Positions 1-8,344 of a stretch of DNA of 27,708 nucleotides are shown here, in pieces. How positions within the stretch are numbered: the first letter of the stretch is position 1; each line of letters begins with the position of its first letter. This stretch comes from Promethearchaeota archaeon. Lineage in GTDB: Archaea; Asgardarchaeota; Lokiarchaeia; Sigyniarchaeales; SOKP01. The notes below the pieces were generated by a model that had not been told where the DNA came from, did no database searches, and was given only the letters and a program-made list of their open reading frames with translations. Made by a program: the position numbers and the translations under genes. Where the stretch lies: contig JBHLMQ010000039.1 of assembly GCA_048938005.1 (NCBI GenBank), positions 1 through 27,708 on the forward strand. Reading direction: 5' to 3'.

Positions 1-621
1 GTAGATCAATTCTTAGAAAAAGAAACATTTAATATAAAGAATAAAAGACTATATAATTCACTTGCTTTAGGTATATTAGTGAGAAAACCAATATATAAAG
101 ATTTAGCTATTAAATGCATAAGAGAGAGTGAGGGTACTGTCATAACAATTCCAGAAGATAAAATTTTGAACTCAATAGATAAACTCATAAGATTTGAGGG
201 TATTTTTGCTGAACCAGCTTCAGCTTTAACAGTAGCGGCATTAGAATCATTAAATCGAAAAGATATGTTTGGAATGAATGAAAAGATTGTATGCATAATT
301 ACAGGAAGTGGATTAAAAGCACCATATGTGTTAGAAGCAATTTCATCTCAAACTAAAACAACTGGTAAGGGGTCTATCATTATTACAAAATTGAAAATAT
401 TATCACAAATTTCTTTATCAAGTATAAAGGGAATAAGCGGTACAAAAATTCAAGAAACTATGGGGACCATAAGTCTAGCAGCCATTTATCAACACCTAAA
501 AGAATTAGAAACAAAAGGCTTGATATCTAGAAAAAAAGAAGGAAAAAATGTGTTATATTTTATAACTGATGATGGAAAAAAAGTTTTAGATGCTTTAGAC
601 GTCCTAATTACATTACTTTAA
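1..621 (+). CDS. Threonine synthase-like PLP enzyme (fold type II), C-terminal part, fused to a C-terminal ArsR/PadR-like winged-helix domain; 5' truncated by the window edge
   Basis: Frame is open from base 1 (VDQFLEKETF...). Contains EGIFAEPASALTVAAL and VCIITGSGLK, typical of the ThrC C-terminus, followed by ISLAAIYQHLKELETKGLISRKKEGKNVLYFITDDG (wHTH). Confidence 0.85.
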   Translation, partial: VDQFLEKETFNIKNKRLYNSLALGILVRKPIYKDLAIKCIRESEGTVITIPEDKILNSIDKLIRFEGIFAEPASALTVAALESLNRKDMFGMNEKIVCIITGSGLKAPYVLEAISSQTKTTGKGSIIITKLKILSQISLSSIKGISGTKIQETMGTISLAAIYQHLKELETKGLISRKKEGKNVLYFITDDGKKVLDALDVLITLL

Positions 622-1259
622 TTTTTTTCACTCCTGCTTTCTTCTGTTTCTATAGGAATAAATATTTTGTCAAGAACTTGAGGAAAACTTTGAATAATAT
701 TCTTTCGAACAGCAAATATTATCAATAAGGAAATTAAACTGGTAATACCAAATTGTATTATTCCATTTAAAATTACTTCATATAAAGCACTAGCAAATCC
801 CCAAAGTATAATTTCATAAATAAAATAACCAAATACCATTATTAATCCCCCCACTACAACAGCTAATATATCACGATAATTGAATTTAATGTAATTCTGC
901 TTAGGATTTGAAATTAATCCAATGACAAATCCTTCTAATCCTTTAATAACCAAAGTTGCTGGGGCATATATCGTATAACCTAAGAAAATGTCTGCTAAAG
1001 CAGAACCAATTCCTCCTGAGAGACCACCTATAAAAGGACCAAATACTAAACCTGTAAACATAACTCCAGCATCTCCAATATTAATAAATCCTTGGGTTGC
1101 CGGAATCGGTATTGAAATTACCATAGTCAATATACAAATTAATGCTGAAAATATGCCTATAATTGAAATAGATAATACATTACTAGGTATGAGATAACCC
1201 ATTAGATTTTTAGCTTTAAATTTCTTTTTTTCTTTTATTATTTCACTTTCTTCTTTCAT
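618..1259 (-). CDS. ECF transporter S component (substrate unknown)
   Basis: Hydrophobic ~6-TM protein with IPIPATQGFINIGDAGV, FGPFIGGLSGGIGSALADIFLGY and APATLVIKGLEG motifs characteristic of ECF S components. Confidence 0.9.
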   Translation of the reverse strand: MKEESEIIKEKKKFKAKNLMGYLIPSNVLSISIIGIFSALICILTMVISIPIPATQGFINIGDAGVMFTGLVFGPFIGGLSGGIGSALADIFLGYTIYAPATLVIKGLEGFVIGLISNPKQNYIKFNYRDILAVVVGGLIMVFGYFIYEIILWGFASALYEVILNGIIQFGITSLISLLIIFAVRKNIIQSFPQVLDKIFIPIETEESRSEKN

Positions 1260-1274
1260 ATTTTCTCACTTCTA

Positions 1275-1312
1275 ATATATAAGTTTATACTTATATATAA
1301 GTTTCAACTTAT
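1275..1312. promoter_or_regulatory. Tandem palindromic operator, 2 x ATAAGT-N4-ACTTAT, upstream of the ECF S-component gene
   Basis: ATATATAAGT-ttat-ACTTATATAT (1275-1298, perfect 10-bp arms) overlaps ATAAGTT-tc-AACTTAT (1297-1312); the cores have an 18-bp period and lie 16-53 bp upstream of the start at 1259. Confidence 0.6.
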
Positions 1313-1417
1313 GTTTATCTCTTCTTATATTTAAATGTTTAGATTTGGAGCTTAATTATGAGATAAGATAATGGTTAAAAAAAAAATTAGAATTTTCTTT
1401 TTAGGGAAAAATAAAAT

Positions 1418-2374
1418 TTAAAAGTTTGAATATGTCATAAATTTGTTTCCAGAACCTAAGCTATATAATTCAAATTTACTTCCTCGTTTTGTCTCACAGA
1501 ACATTTGAATCATAGGGAATAGGTAAATTTGTGTAGTTATTTGGGCATCTTTGTCTTTTTCATATCTTTTATAATCACTTCTTGCAGCTCCTATAGTCTT
1601 ACTGATATTCTTATTCATATATCCTAATGAAGCCTCCGCTTTGGACTCTAATTCTTTAAAATCGCTAAATCTAATTCCTTCTACATCTTCAATCATATTA
1701 TGAAGATCTTCTCCAATTTCTTTTTCGTATTTTGTTTGAGCACTACTATGTAGAACAGGAGCGCCAGTTACTACGGTTTTAAAAGGGACTGGAAGAATCT
1801 CATATTTGTACATATTCTTATGGCCACCACATTCTTTGCATGGTTCTGTTCTATTTCCAGTTCCATAACACGCGCCACAAGGGTAAGAAAATGGCTTCTT
1901 CTCTTTTTTCTGTTCTTCACCTACTAAAACCGTAAAAGTTTCTTCAATTTTTCCAGTTCCTTTACATGTTTTACATTTATCTTCGATATATCCTTTACCT
2001 CTACAATTTTTACAAAGAACTGCTTGAATTGACTCAAATTGCGCAACTTTTTCATTCCCTTTCCATTGTTCTTTATCAATCTTTCCTGCACCTTTAAAAG
2101 AATAGAACTGTTCTCTACCTACTCTGGGTGCGGTAACCAAATTCTCATCTTTCCCTGTTGGTGCTGGACCAAGAGATTTTTTAATAGCAAAATAAATAGC
2201 CGCTTCCTTCATAGTATCCTTAACATATTCTGCAGCACTAATTGCATCTAACGAGAAAACTGCTCCTTTCGTTCCAAATTGTTTTTCCATCTTTTTTCGA
2301 TCTGTTCTTGCTGCCTTTTGCTTCCATTTTTCAAAGATTTCATCAAGATTAGGTGTTTTAATGCGAACTGACAT
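1418..2374 (-). CDS. DnaJ-type CxxCxGxG zinc-finger protein without a J domain; SSUH2-like architecture
   Basis: Four repeats: CKNCRGKG, CKTCKGTG, CGACYGTG, CKECGGHK. No HPD/J domain. The C-terminal beta-rich tail (QIYLFPMIQMFCE..KFELYSLGSGNKFM) resembles, from memory, the SSUH2 family C-terminus. Confidence 0.65.
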   Translation of the reverse strand: MSVRIKTPNLDEIFEKWKQKAARTDRKKMEKQFGTKGAVFSLDAISAAEYVKDTMKEAAIYFAIKKSLGPAPTGKDENLVTAPRVGREQFYSFKGAGKIDKEQWKGNEKVAQFESIQAVLCKNCRGKGYIEDKCKTCKGTGKIEETFTVLVGEEQKKEKKPFSYPCGACYGTGNRTEPCKECGGHKNMYKYEILPVPFKTVVTGAPVLHSSAQTKYEKEIGEDLHNMIEDVEGIRFSDFKELESKAEASLGYMNKNISKTIGAARSDYKRYEKDKDAQITTQIYLFPMIQMFCETKRGSKFELYSLGSGNKFMTYSNF

Positions 2375-2524
2375 TTTTACATCACATTTAATGGTTTTTT
2401 TAAAATTTCATTAACTTTATTTAATTGATTTGGAATTATAAAAATATAAAATAGAATGATTTATAATTTTTATATAGAAGAAAATAAAAAATAAAAACAA
2501 ATACACGAAAAAAGTAGAAAAAAA

Positions 2525-2689
2525 ATGTCTGCTGAAGATGAACGTCAAGCAGTTGAATACTTCCTTGAATGGATTAATAATCAAGGTCTTTCGCAATGGT
2601 TGGAACATTTCTTAAATCAGGGAGATGAAACAAAACTTAGACAAATTAAAGAGATTTATGATAAAATTAAACAAGTTTTTGGGTTTTAA
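2525..2689 (+). CDS. Small hypothetical protein, 54 aa (MSAEDERQAVEYFLEWINNQGLSQWLEHFLNQGDETKLRQIKEIYDKIKQVFGF), not in the ORF track
   Basis: ATG at 2525 and TAA at 2687-2689. Higher-GC island inside an otherwise extremely AT-rich intergenic region, with protein-like amphipathic composition. TATA-like elements upstream (e.g. TTTTATATA ~2467-2475) and T-rich tracts downstream. Confidence 0.75.
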   Translation: MSAEDERQAVEYFLEWINNQGLSQWLEHFLNQGDETKLRQIKEIYDKIKQVFGF

Positions 2690-2756
2690 TTTTTAATTTC
2701 TTTCTTATTATCTTAATTCTTAGTTTTTATTCAAACATTTTTTGTTTGTTTTTTTA
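2690..2756 (+). terminator. Oligo-T tracts, candidate archaeal terminator of the 54-aa ORF
   Basis: Several T5-T7 runs directly after the stop at 2689. Confidence 0.35.
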
Positions 2757-2828
2757 GAAATTAGAAAAATTGAATTGTTTATTTTCATTATGTTTTATTA
2801 ATATCTAACCCGATAAATGGTTCCTTAA

Positions 2829-5495
2829 TTGAGTATTCCTTCAAGAAATTTTTTCATTGTTTTGGATAGAAACCGTAAGCATAAGAAGGATTTACTTTTT
2901 AATGTAAATTTTTTTTATCTTAAATCATTTAAGAAAAAGAGATTTACTTTTTCTTATGTAAGTGAACCATTTTTTAGAGGAACGGCAGTTTTTGGATTAG
3001 ATTTCAAGAATAAAATACGTCCTTTGATTTTCGATAAAATTGAGAAAGATGGAAGCTTACAGCCAGTTAATCCACAATTACTAAAAAAATTCATACTTTC
3101 GGATAAAAATAAATTTATTGCTTTTTCAAGCCAAAGCCCATCTCAAGATGTTTCACCAGTTAGAGAAATGTTAAATAATTTTCAGTTTGATGAAGATAAG
3201 ATAATTACTTTAACTTTATGCAATTCTTGTATGGATAAAAATAAATTCACTTTAATAAATGAAAATCTTCGAATTAAATCGTATAAAGATCAAATCATTT
3301 GTTCTGAATGTGCTTTTGATGTAATAATAAATAGAATTAAGCTTACTGGGTTAATTTCTCAAGAAAAAATCACTCCAAAATTAAAAAATTTTTTTATGCA
3401 TATGATACTTAAATTTAGAGATGTCAAAAAGGTATTAAGTGCTTTTAAAGCAGATTTTGATCCAGTAAATAATAAAGAGATAACTCTTTATGATATTGCA
3501 AAAGAACCTATAATAAGTAAGAAATACCTCAGTAAAAAAATAGAAAATTTAGAAATTCCTCCAGCATTTAAAAACATACTGAAAGGATTAAATCTTTCAA
3601 CTTTATTACCAATCCAAGCAATATCAGTTGAAAAAGGTTTATTAACTGAATATAATAATCAATTAATAATGGCTCCTACTTCCGGAGGGAAAACTTTAGT
3701 AGGAGAATTAGCTGGAATCTCAAGAGTATTAAATGATAGAAATGCTAAAATGTTATATTTAGTTCCCATTGTGGCTTTAGCTAATATAAGAACAGAAGAA
3801 TTTAAAGAAAAATATAAATCTATTAAATTAAAAATCATCAAAAAAGTAGGAGAATCACTATTTGGAAAAAAAGAGGAAAATAATATAGAGGATTTAGCCA
3901 ATGCTAATGTTATTATTGCCACTTATGAGGCAATTGACTATATTCTAAGAAGTGGGAATAAAGCTCTCTTAGGAAATATTGGTACAATAGTTATTGATGA
4001 GATTCAAACATTAATCGACCCAGAACGAGGCTTTATATTAGATGGTTTAATAGCCAGGTTAAAAACCCAATATAATTCTCAATTCCTATATCTAAGTGCA
4101 ACTCTAGGAGAGCCAGAGCTTTTAGCAGAAAAATTAAATTGTAAATTAATAAAATATAATAATCGCCCGGTTCCTATCGAGCGTCATTTATTATTATCCA
4201 TGAATGAAGCTCAAAAACAAAAATTTATTTCAAAATTAGTAAAAGCTGCTTATAATAAGAGTTCTATATATGGTTTTAAAGGTCAATCAATTATATTTTC
4301 AAATACTCGAAAAAAGTGTGAATCAATTACATTGTATTTACAAAAAAAAGGTATTAACGTATCAGCCTATCATTCAGGGTTAACAAACGAAGAAAGGAAG
4401 ATTGTTGAAGAGGATTTTCAATCTCAGAGAATAGCGGGAGTAGTTGCAACAGCAGCTCTAGCGGCAGGTGTCGATCTTCCAGCTCGTCAGGTAATTTTTG
4501 AGTCTTTAGCAATGGGGATAAATTGGTTATCAGTTGCAGAATTTGAACAAATGCTCGGAAGAGCAGGGAGATTAAAAAAACATGAAAAAGGTTTAGCATA
4601 TATACTTGTTGAGCCTGGAAAGATATATTCCCCTAAAATGAAAAATACTGAAGAAAATATTGCGATAAAATTATTGAATGGCAAGATTAAAGATTATGAG
4701 CTCATCCCTGATGAAGACAAATCAAAAACGGAAATTCTTGCATTTATTTCTATGTTTAATCATTGGATTTCACAAGAATTTATTTATGATTTTTATAACC
4801 ATTTAATTAATAATAATTTTAATTTAGAAGATGTTTTAAAAAAATTATCTTCTTTTAATACAATACGAATAAAGCAAAATTTAACTTTTAAGGCAACCCG
4901 TTTAGGAAAAGCAATTGCTAATTCTTTTTTAAGTGTTAATGAAAGCCTTGAAATAATTGAAAAAATAAAGAATAATGTAAAAAGCCCTCTAGATATTGCC
5001 TTAGACTTAGAAGTTCTCAGAAATGTATATTTGTCAAAAAATATTGTTGCCGATTTATCAAAGAATGTTAATATGAAGTATTTTTCTAATAATCTATTCA
5101 GTGCAAGTGTGTTATCGTTAATGAATGCTGAGTATGTAAAAAAGAGAAAAACATTCTCACGCAATTTCATTGATTTTATAATGAAATTAACTAATGATAT
5201 ATTTAATTGTAATTGCAAGGATAACCCTTATTGTGATTGTGCTCGTTTAAATCTAGAAAAGCTAATACTAGATTTAAGAATTAACAATAATATGACAATT
5301 GAGGAAATTTCTCGATATCTGATGGAAGAATATAAAATAATGGTTTTTAAAGGAGATCTTATTGATTATTTAGAAAATCTAATTTACAGTTTAGAAAGTG
5401 TTAAAAATATTGTAGAAGGTATACCCAAGGTAGATGAAATTTACCAAAAAGAAGTAAAAGAAATACCTAATTTAATAGAAAGCATCAAATATTAA
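2829..5495 (+). CDS. Archaea-specific Ski2-like SF2 helicase (ASH-Ski2/COG1202 type, with a DUF5814-like C-terminus)
   Basis: Q motif LLPIQ, Walker A APTSGGKT, DEIQ, SAT, YHSGL, ATAALAAGVDLPA and QMLGRAGR. N-terminal CxxC..CxxC (CNSC, CSEC) and C-terminal CNCKDNPYCDC. TTG start is uncertain. Confidence 0.9.
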   Translation: MSIPSRNFFIVLDRNRKHKKDLLFNVNFFYLKSFKKKRFTFSYVSEPFFRGTAVFGLDFKNKIRPLIFDKIEKDGSLQPVNPQLLKKFILSDKNKFIAFSSQSPSQDVSPVREMLNNFQFDEDKIITLTLCNSCMDKNKFTLINENLRIKSYKDQIICSECAFDVIINRIKLTGLISQEKITPKLKNFFMHMILKFRDVKKVLSAFKADFDPVNNKEITLYDIAKEPIISKKYLSKKIENLEIPPAFKNILKGLNLSTLLPIQAISVEKGLLTEYNNQLIMAPTSGGKTLVGELAGISRVLNDRNAKMLYLVPIVALANIRTEEFKEKYKSIKLKIIKKVGESLFGKKEENNIEDLANANVIIATYEAIDYILRSGNKALLGNIGTIVIDEIQTLIDPERGFILDGLIARLKTQYNSQFLYLSATLGEPELLAEKLNCKLIKYNNRPVPIERHLLLSMNEAQKQKFISKLVKAAYNKSSIYGFKGQSIIFSNTRKKCESITLYLQKKGINVSAYHSGLTNEERKIVEEDFQSQRIAGVVATAALAAGVDLPARQVIFESLAMGINWLSVAEFEQMLGRAGRLKKHEKGLAYILVEPGKIYSPKMKNTEENIAIKLLNGKIKDYELIPDEDKSKTEILAFISMFNHWISQEFIYDFYNHLINNNFNLEDVLKKLSSFNTIRIKQNLTFKATRLGKAIANSFLSVNESLEIIEKIKNNVKSPLDIALDLEVLRNVYLSKNIVADLSKNVNMKYFSNNLFSASVLSLMNAEYVKKRKTFSRNFIDFIMKLTNDIFNCNCKDNPYCDCARLNLEKLILDLRINNNMTIEEISRYLMEEYKIMVFKGDLIDYLENLIYSLESVKNIVEGIPKVDEIYQKEVKEIPNLIESIKY

Positions 5496-6688
5496 GTTGT
5501 GTGTATTTCTACTATATCATAATCTTTTACAATATAATCTAATCCAACCTTTTTACGCTTCTGGCGTGCTCCTTCACGTATAACAATAGCATGGTCAAAA
5601 TTATCATAAAAACTCCTATGAATCTTCTCAGCGACCTCCTTTATAGTTGCTTCTTCTTCCATAAGAAGAGGTTGAGCGGCTACTTCTCCACCACTCATAG
5701 TAAAAATCCTTATTTTTCTTAAGAACCTTAAAATTAATTCACCAAAATCTTTCGGGAAATTCTCTTTCTTAAGACTTATGCCTAAAATTAAAGGAAATTT
5801 TTCAGAATACTTCTTCTGTAATTGTTCAAAAGTTTCCTGAGTGTGTGAAAGATCACCTTTAGTACCCAATATTATTGCTTTTTTATAAACTACAGAGGAA
5901 CTTAAAGCATCAATAACATTATCAATAGTAATATCACCATAAATTTTTACAATTCCATTACGTATTCCGTTTTCATTTACAACTTCTTTTATCCTTTCCG
6001 TTAATTCTGCTATTTTATCAATATCCTTTGCTTCTTTAGTCAAATATAGGACTTGTATTTTATTAGAACCTGTTTTTTCGATTGTAATGGGTGGTGGAGG
6101 TATGTTTATACGAATATCGGCTTTAGAAAGTTCATCCAATAATAGATCCATCTGTTCTTTTATATTTCTAGATAAATCAACGCAGAAACATAATAAATCT
6201 GCTGCTCTCAGTTGCGAAAGTATTTCTTTTCCATTTCCAACTCCATCAGAGGCACCCTTCATAATAGAAGGCATATCAACTATTTGAAATCTAATATTTT
6301 TGTATTTATAAATCCCAATTTCAGGAATAGGTGTGAATCTCCCAATTTTCTCTTCTCCTGCTCCAGACAAATAATTCAAAAGAGATGTTTTTCCAACTCC
6401 TGGTGTGTAGTAACTACTTATTAAAATTACTTGAATTCCTTCTTTTTTTATTGAAAAAGGACTGATAAGCCCTTTTTGCGTAATTTTTTGTTTTAGTTTT
6501 CGCTCCTCTTGTTCACGCTTTAACTTTGCTAAACGAGATTTATTGAGTGCCACAATTCTTTCTGTAGCCTTATGTTTAGGAACTAACGATAAAAATTCCT
6601 CCAATTTTTTTATTCTTTCTTCTAAGGAGCCAGCATCAAGATATTCTTGATATTTTGCTTTAGCTTGAGGTGGTAAGTTGGAGCTCAA
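5492..6688 (-). CDS. DRG/OBG-family GTP-binding protein with TGS domain; G-motifs atypical
   Basis: N-terminal helical hairpin with PKHKATE..K.RLAKLK. G1 PGVGKTS, G3 DMPS, GASDGVGNGKEILSQLRAAD, G4 TKGD. C-terminal TGS domain (VAEKIHRSF..KKVGLDYIVKDYDIVEI). Confidence 0.9.
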   Translation of the reverse strand: MSSNLPPQAKAKYQEYLDAGSLEERIKKLEEFLSLVPKHKATERIVALNKSRLAKLKREQEERKLKQKITQKGLISPFSIKKEGIQVILISSYYTPGVGKTSLLNYLSGAGEEKIGRFTPIPEIGIYKYKNIRFQIVDMPSIMKGASDGVGNGKEILSQLRAADLLCFCVDLSRNIKEQMDLLLDELSKADIRINIPPPPITIEKTGSNKIQVLYLTKEAKDIDKIAELTERIKEVVNENGIRNGIVKIYGDITIDNVIDALSSSVVYKKAIILGTKGDLSHTQETFEQLQKKYSEKFPLILGISLKKENFPKDFGELILRFLRKIRIFTMSGGEVAAQPLLMEEEATIKEVAEKIHRSFYDNFDHAIVIREGARQKRKKVGLDYIVKDYDIVEIHTT

Positions 6689-6709
6689 ATAAAACCCTTC
6701 TATATTAAT

Positions 6710-7165
6710 TTAAAATAAAGAACGAAATCTATCTTCTGTTTTTAATCTTAAATCTCCTAAAATTTCGTTAATCCGTATCTCAAAGTTTTTGAAATACTTA
6801 GATTTTTTTGAAAAAATATCATTTAAGGGGTAACGATTGAGAAAGTAAGAGAGAATTTGATTAAGCTGTTCTTTTACTACTGATGCATCTGTACCTTTTT
6901 CAATAATTGCATATGATAATAAAGGTTGTTTATTATTAACATTATCATCCGGTAAACTAATCATTTCGCAATAACAAACCAATTTAAAACTCGCAAGGGA
7001 TATTACATTGATGTCATCACCAAATACTTCACTAGTAAAGCTTTCAAGTGCAGTTAAAAATCCAGCACGCAAGTTTGGATCTAAAATATTATCCGAAGAT
7101 GAATAATATTTAATCTCAACTAAGTTTCTCATGCCTATATTAATTCCAACTTCTAAAATTGCCAT
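6710..7165 (-). CDS. Stand-alone longin-like (sedlin/SNARE-like fold) domain protein
   Basis: 151 aa with a beta-beta-alpha-beta-beta-beta-alpha-alpha pattern. Helix DPNLRAGFLTALESFTSEVFGDDINVI matches the pattern of Asgard longin-type domains, and the C-terminal helices L.QI..YF...Y and FK.FE..I.EIL fit the fold. Confidence 0.7.
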   Translation of the reverse strand: MAILEVGINIGMRNLVEIKYYSSSDNILDPNLRAGFLTALESFTSEVFGDDINVISLASFKLVCYCEMISLPDDNVNNKQPLLSYAIIEKGTDASVVKEQLNQILSYFLNRYPLNDIFSKKSKYFKNFEIRINEILGDLRLKTEDRFRSLF

Positions 7166-7377
7166 ATGTAAAAAGGATATTTATACTCTATTTAAAATAT
7201 TATTATAGTTTGAATATTTGTTTTCTAGTAATAATTAATGTTTTTATTTCTAATTTTTTTTAAGTTTTAATTAATATTATTTTTATTGTTTTTTAGGATA
7301 AAAACTGTTATTACTAGGACTATTTTTTAATTAGTTATTTCTATAATTGATTAAAATTCTTTAAAAAAGAAGTAAAA

Positions 7378-8250
7378 TTATTCAATTTCGGTTAAATTCA
7401 ATTGGTTTTTATATGCAACAAAGGTATTATGGAGTAGAAAATGAACTGTGAGCGGCCCTACACCTCCTGGAGAAGGGGAGATCGCATAACATTTATCTAA
7501 TACATCATCAAAATCGACATCACCACATAATTTACCCTCAACTCTGTTTATTCCAACATCGATGATTACTACACCTTCTTTTATTCTCTCTTTTGTTATA
7601 AAATTTGGTTTCCTTACTGCGACTATTAACAAATCTGCATTTTTAATATATTTATCAATATCTCTTGTCGATGTATGACACACTGAGACTGTAGCATTCC
7701 GCTTTAATAGCATAAAAATAAGAGGTTTGCCTACTAAATTTGACCTATTTATAATAACTGCATCTTTACTCTTAAGTCCTATATTATAATGCTCTAAAAG
7801 CGCAATAATACCTTTAGGAGTACAGGGAGCTAATTCCTCATTGTAATCAAAAAGTTTTCCTCTATTAACTGGATTTAAGCCATCTACATCTTTTAATGGT
7901 GATATTTTTCCTAAAAAATCTGGAGTGACATCTCGTAAATATTCTGGCAGGGGTATTTGTAGTAAAATTCCATGAATTGTAGGATCTCTATTAAGTTTTT
8001 GAATTTCATCTAAAAGCATTTCCTTTGAGATATCCTCTTTTAACTCAATAAGTATAGATTCGATGCCTACTTCATGGCATGTTCTATGTTTAATATTTAC
8101 ATAAACTTTCGAAGCAGGGTCTTTTCCAACTAGAATTGTAGCTAATTTTGGCTTAATTCCTGTTTTTTCTATTACTTCTTTAATTTTTTCTTTCAATTCT
8201 GAATTTAATTTATCTGCTAGTTTTTTTCCATCTAAAATTTTATTGTTCAT
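7378..8250 (-). CDS. folD: Bifunctional methylenetetrahydrofolate dehydrogenase/cyclohydrolase
   Basis: ILDGKKLA, LATILVGKDPASKVYV.IK, HGILLQIPLP, KDVDGL, PCTPKGI, NRSNLVGKP, IIDVGINR, GDVDF and PGGVGPLT. Confidence 0.97.
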   Translation of the reverse strand: MNNKILDGKKLADKLNSELKEKIKEVIEKTGIKPKLATILVGKDPASKVYVNIKHRTCHEVGIESILIELKEDISKEMLLDEIQKLNRDPTIHGILLQIPLPEYLRDVTPDFLGKISPLKDVDGLNPVNRGKLFDYNEELAPCTPKGIIALLEHYNIGLKSKDAVIINRSNLVGKPLIFMLLKRNATVSVCHTSTRDIDKYIKNADLLIVAVRKPNFITKERIKEGVVIIDVGINRVEGKLCGDVDFDDVLDKCYAISPSPGGVGPLTVHFLLHNTFVAYKNQLNLTEIE

Positions 8251-8344
8251 CGCTTTTAGATTAATATATGTAATTAAATAATTTAGACATACTTGAAAAA
8301 ATAAAAATAGTCATTATATAAATATATATAATTAAAGAAATACT

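Noticed and set aside
1418-2374. Annotation as dnaJ
   Set aside because: No J domain/HPD motif or G/F region, and no dnaK or grpE nearby.
2417-2608. 63-aa minus-strand ORF in the track
   Set aside because: Low-complexity Phe/Ile-rich translation of A-tracts; it is antisense to the more credible 54-aa ORF at 2525-2689.
2829-5495. Helicase as part of a defence system
   Set aside because: The architecture matches the housekeeping ASH-Ski2 family and no nuclease or methylase partner is adjacent.
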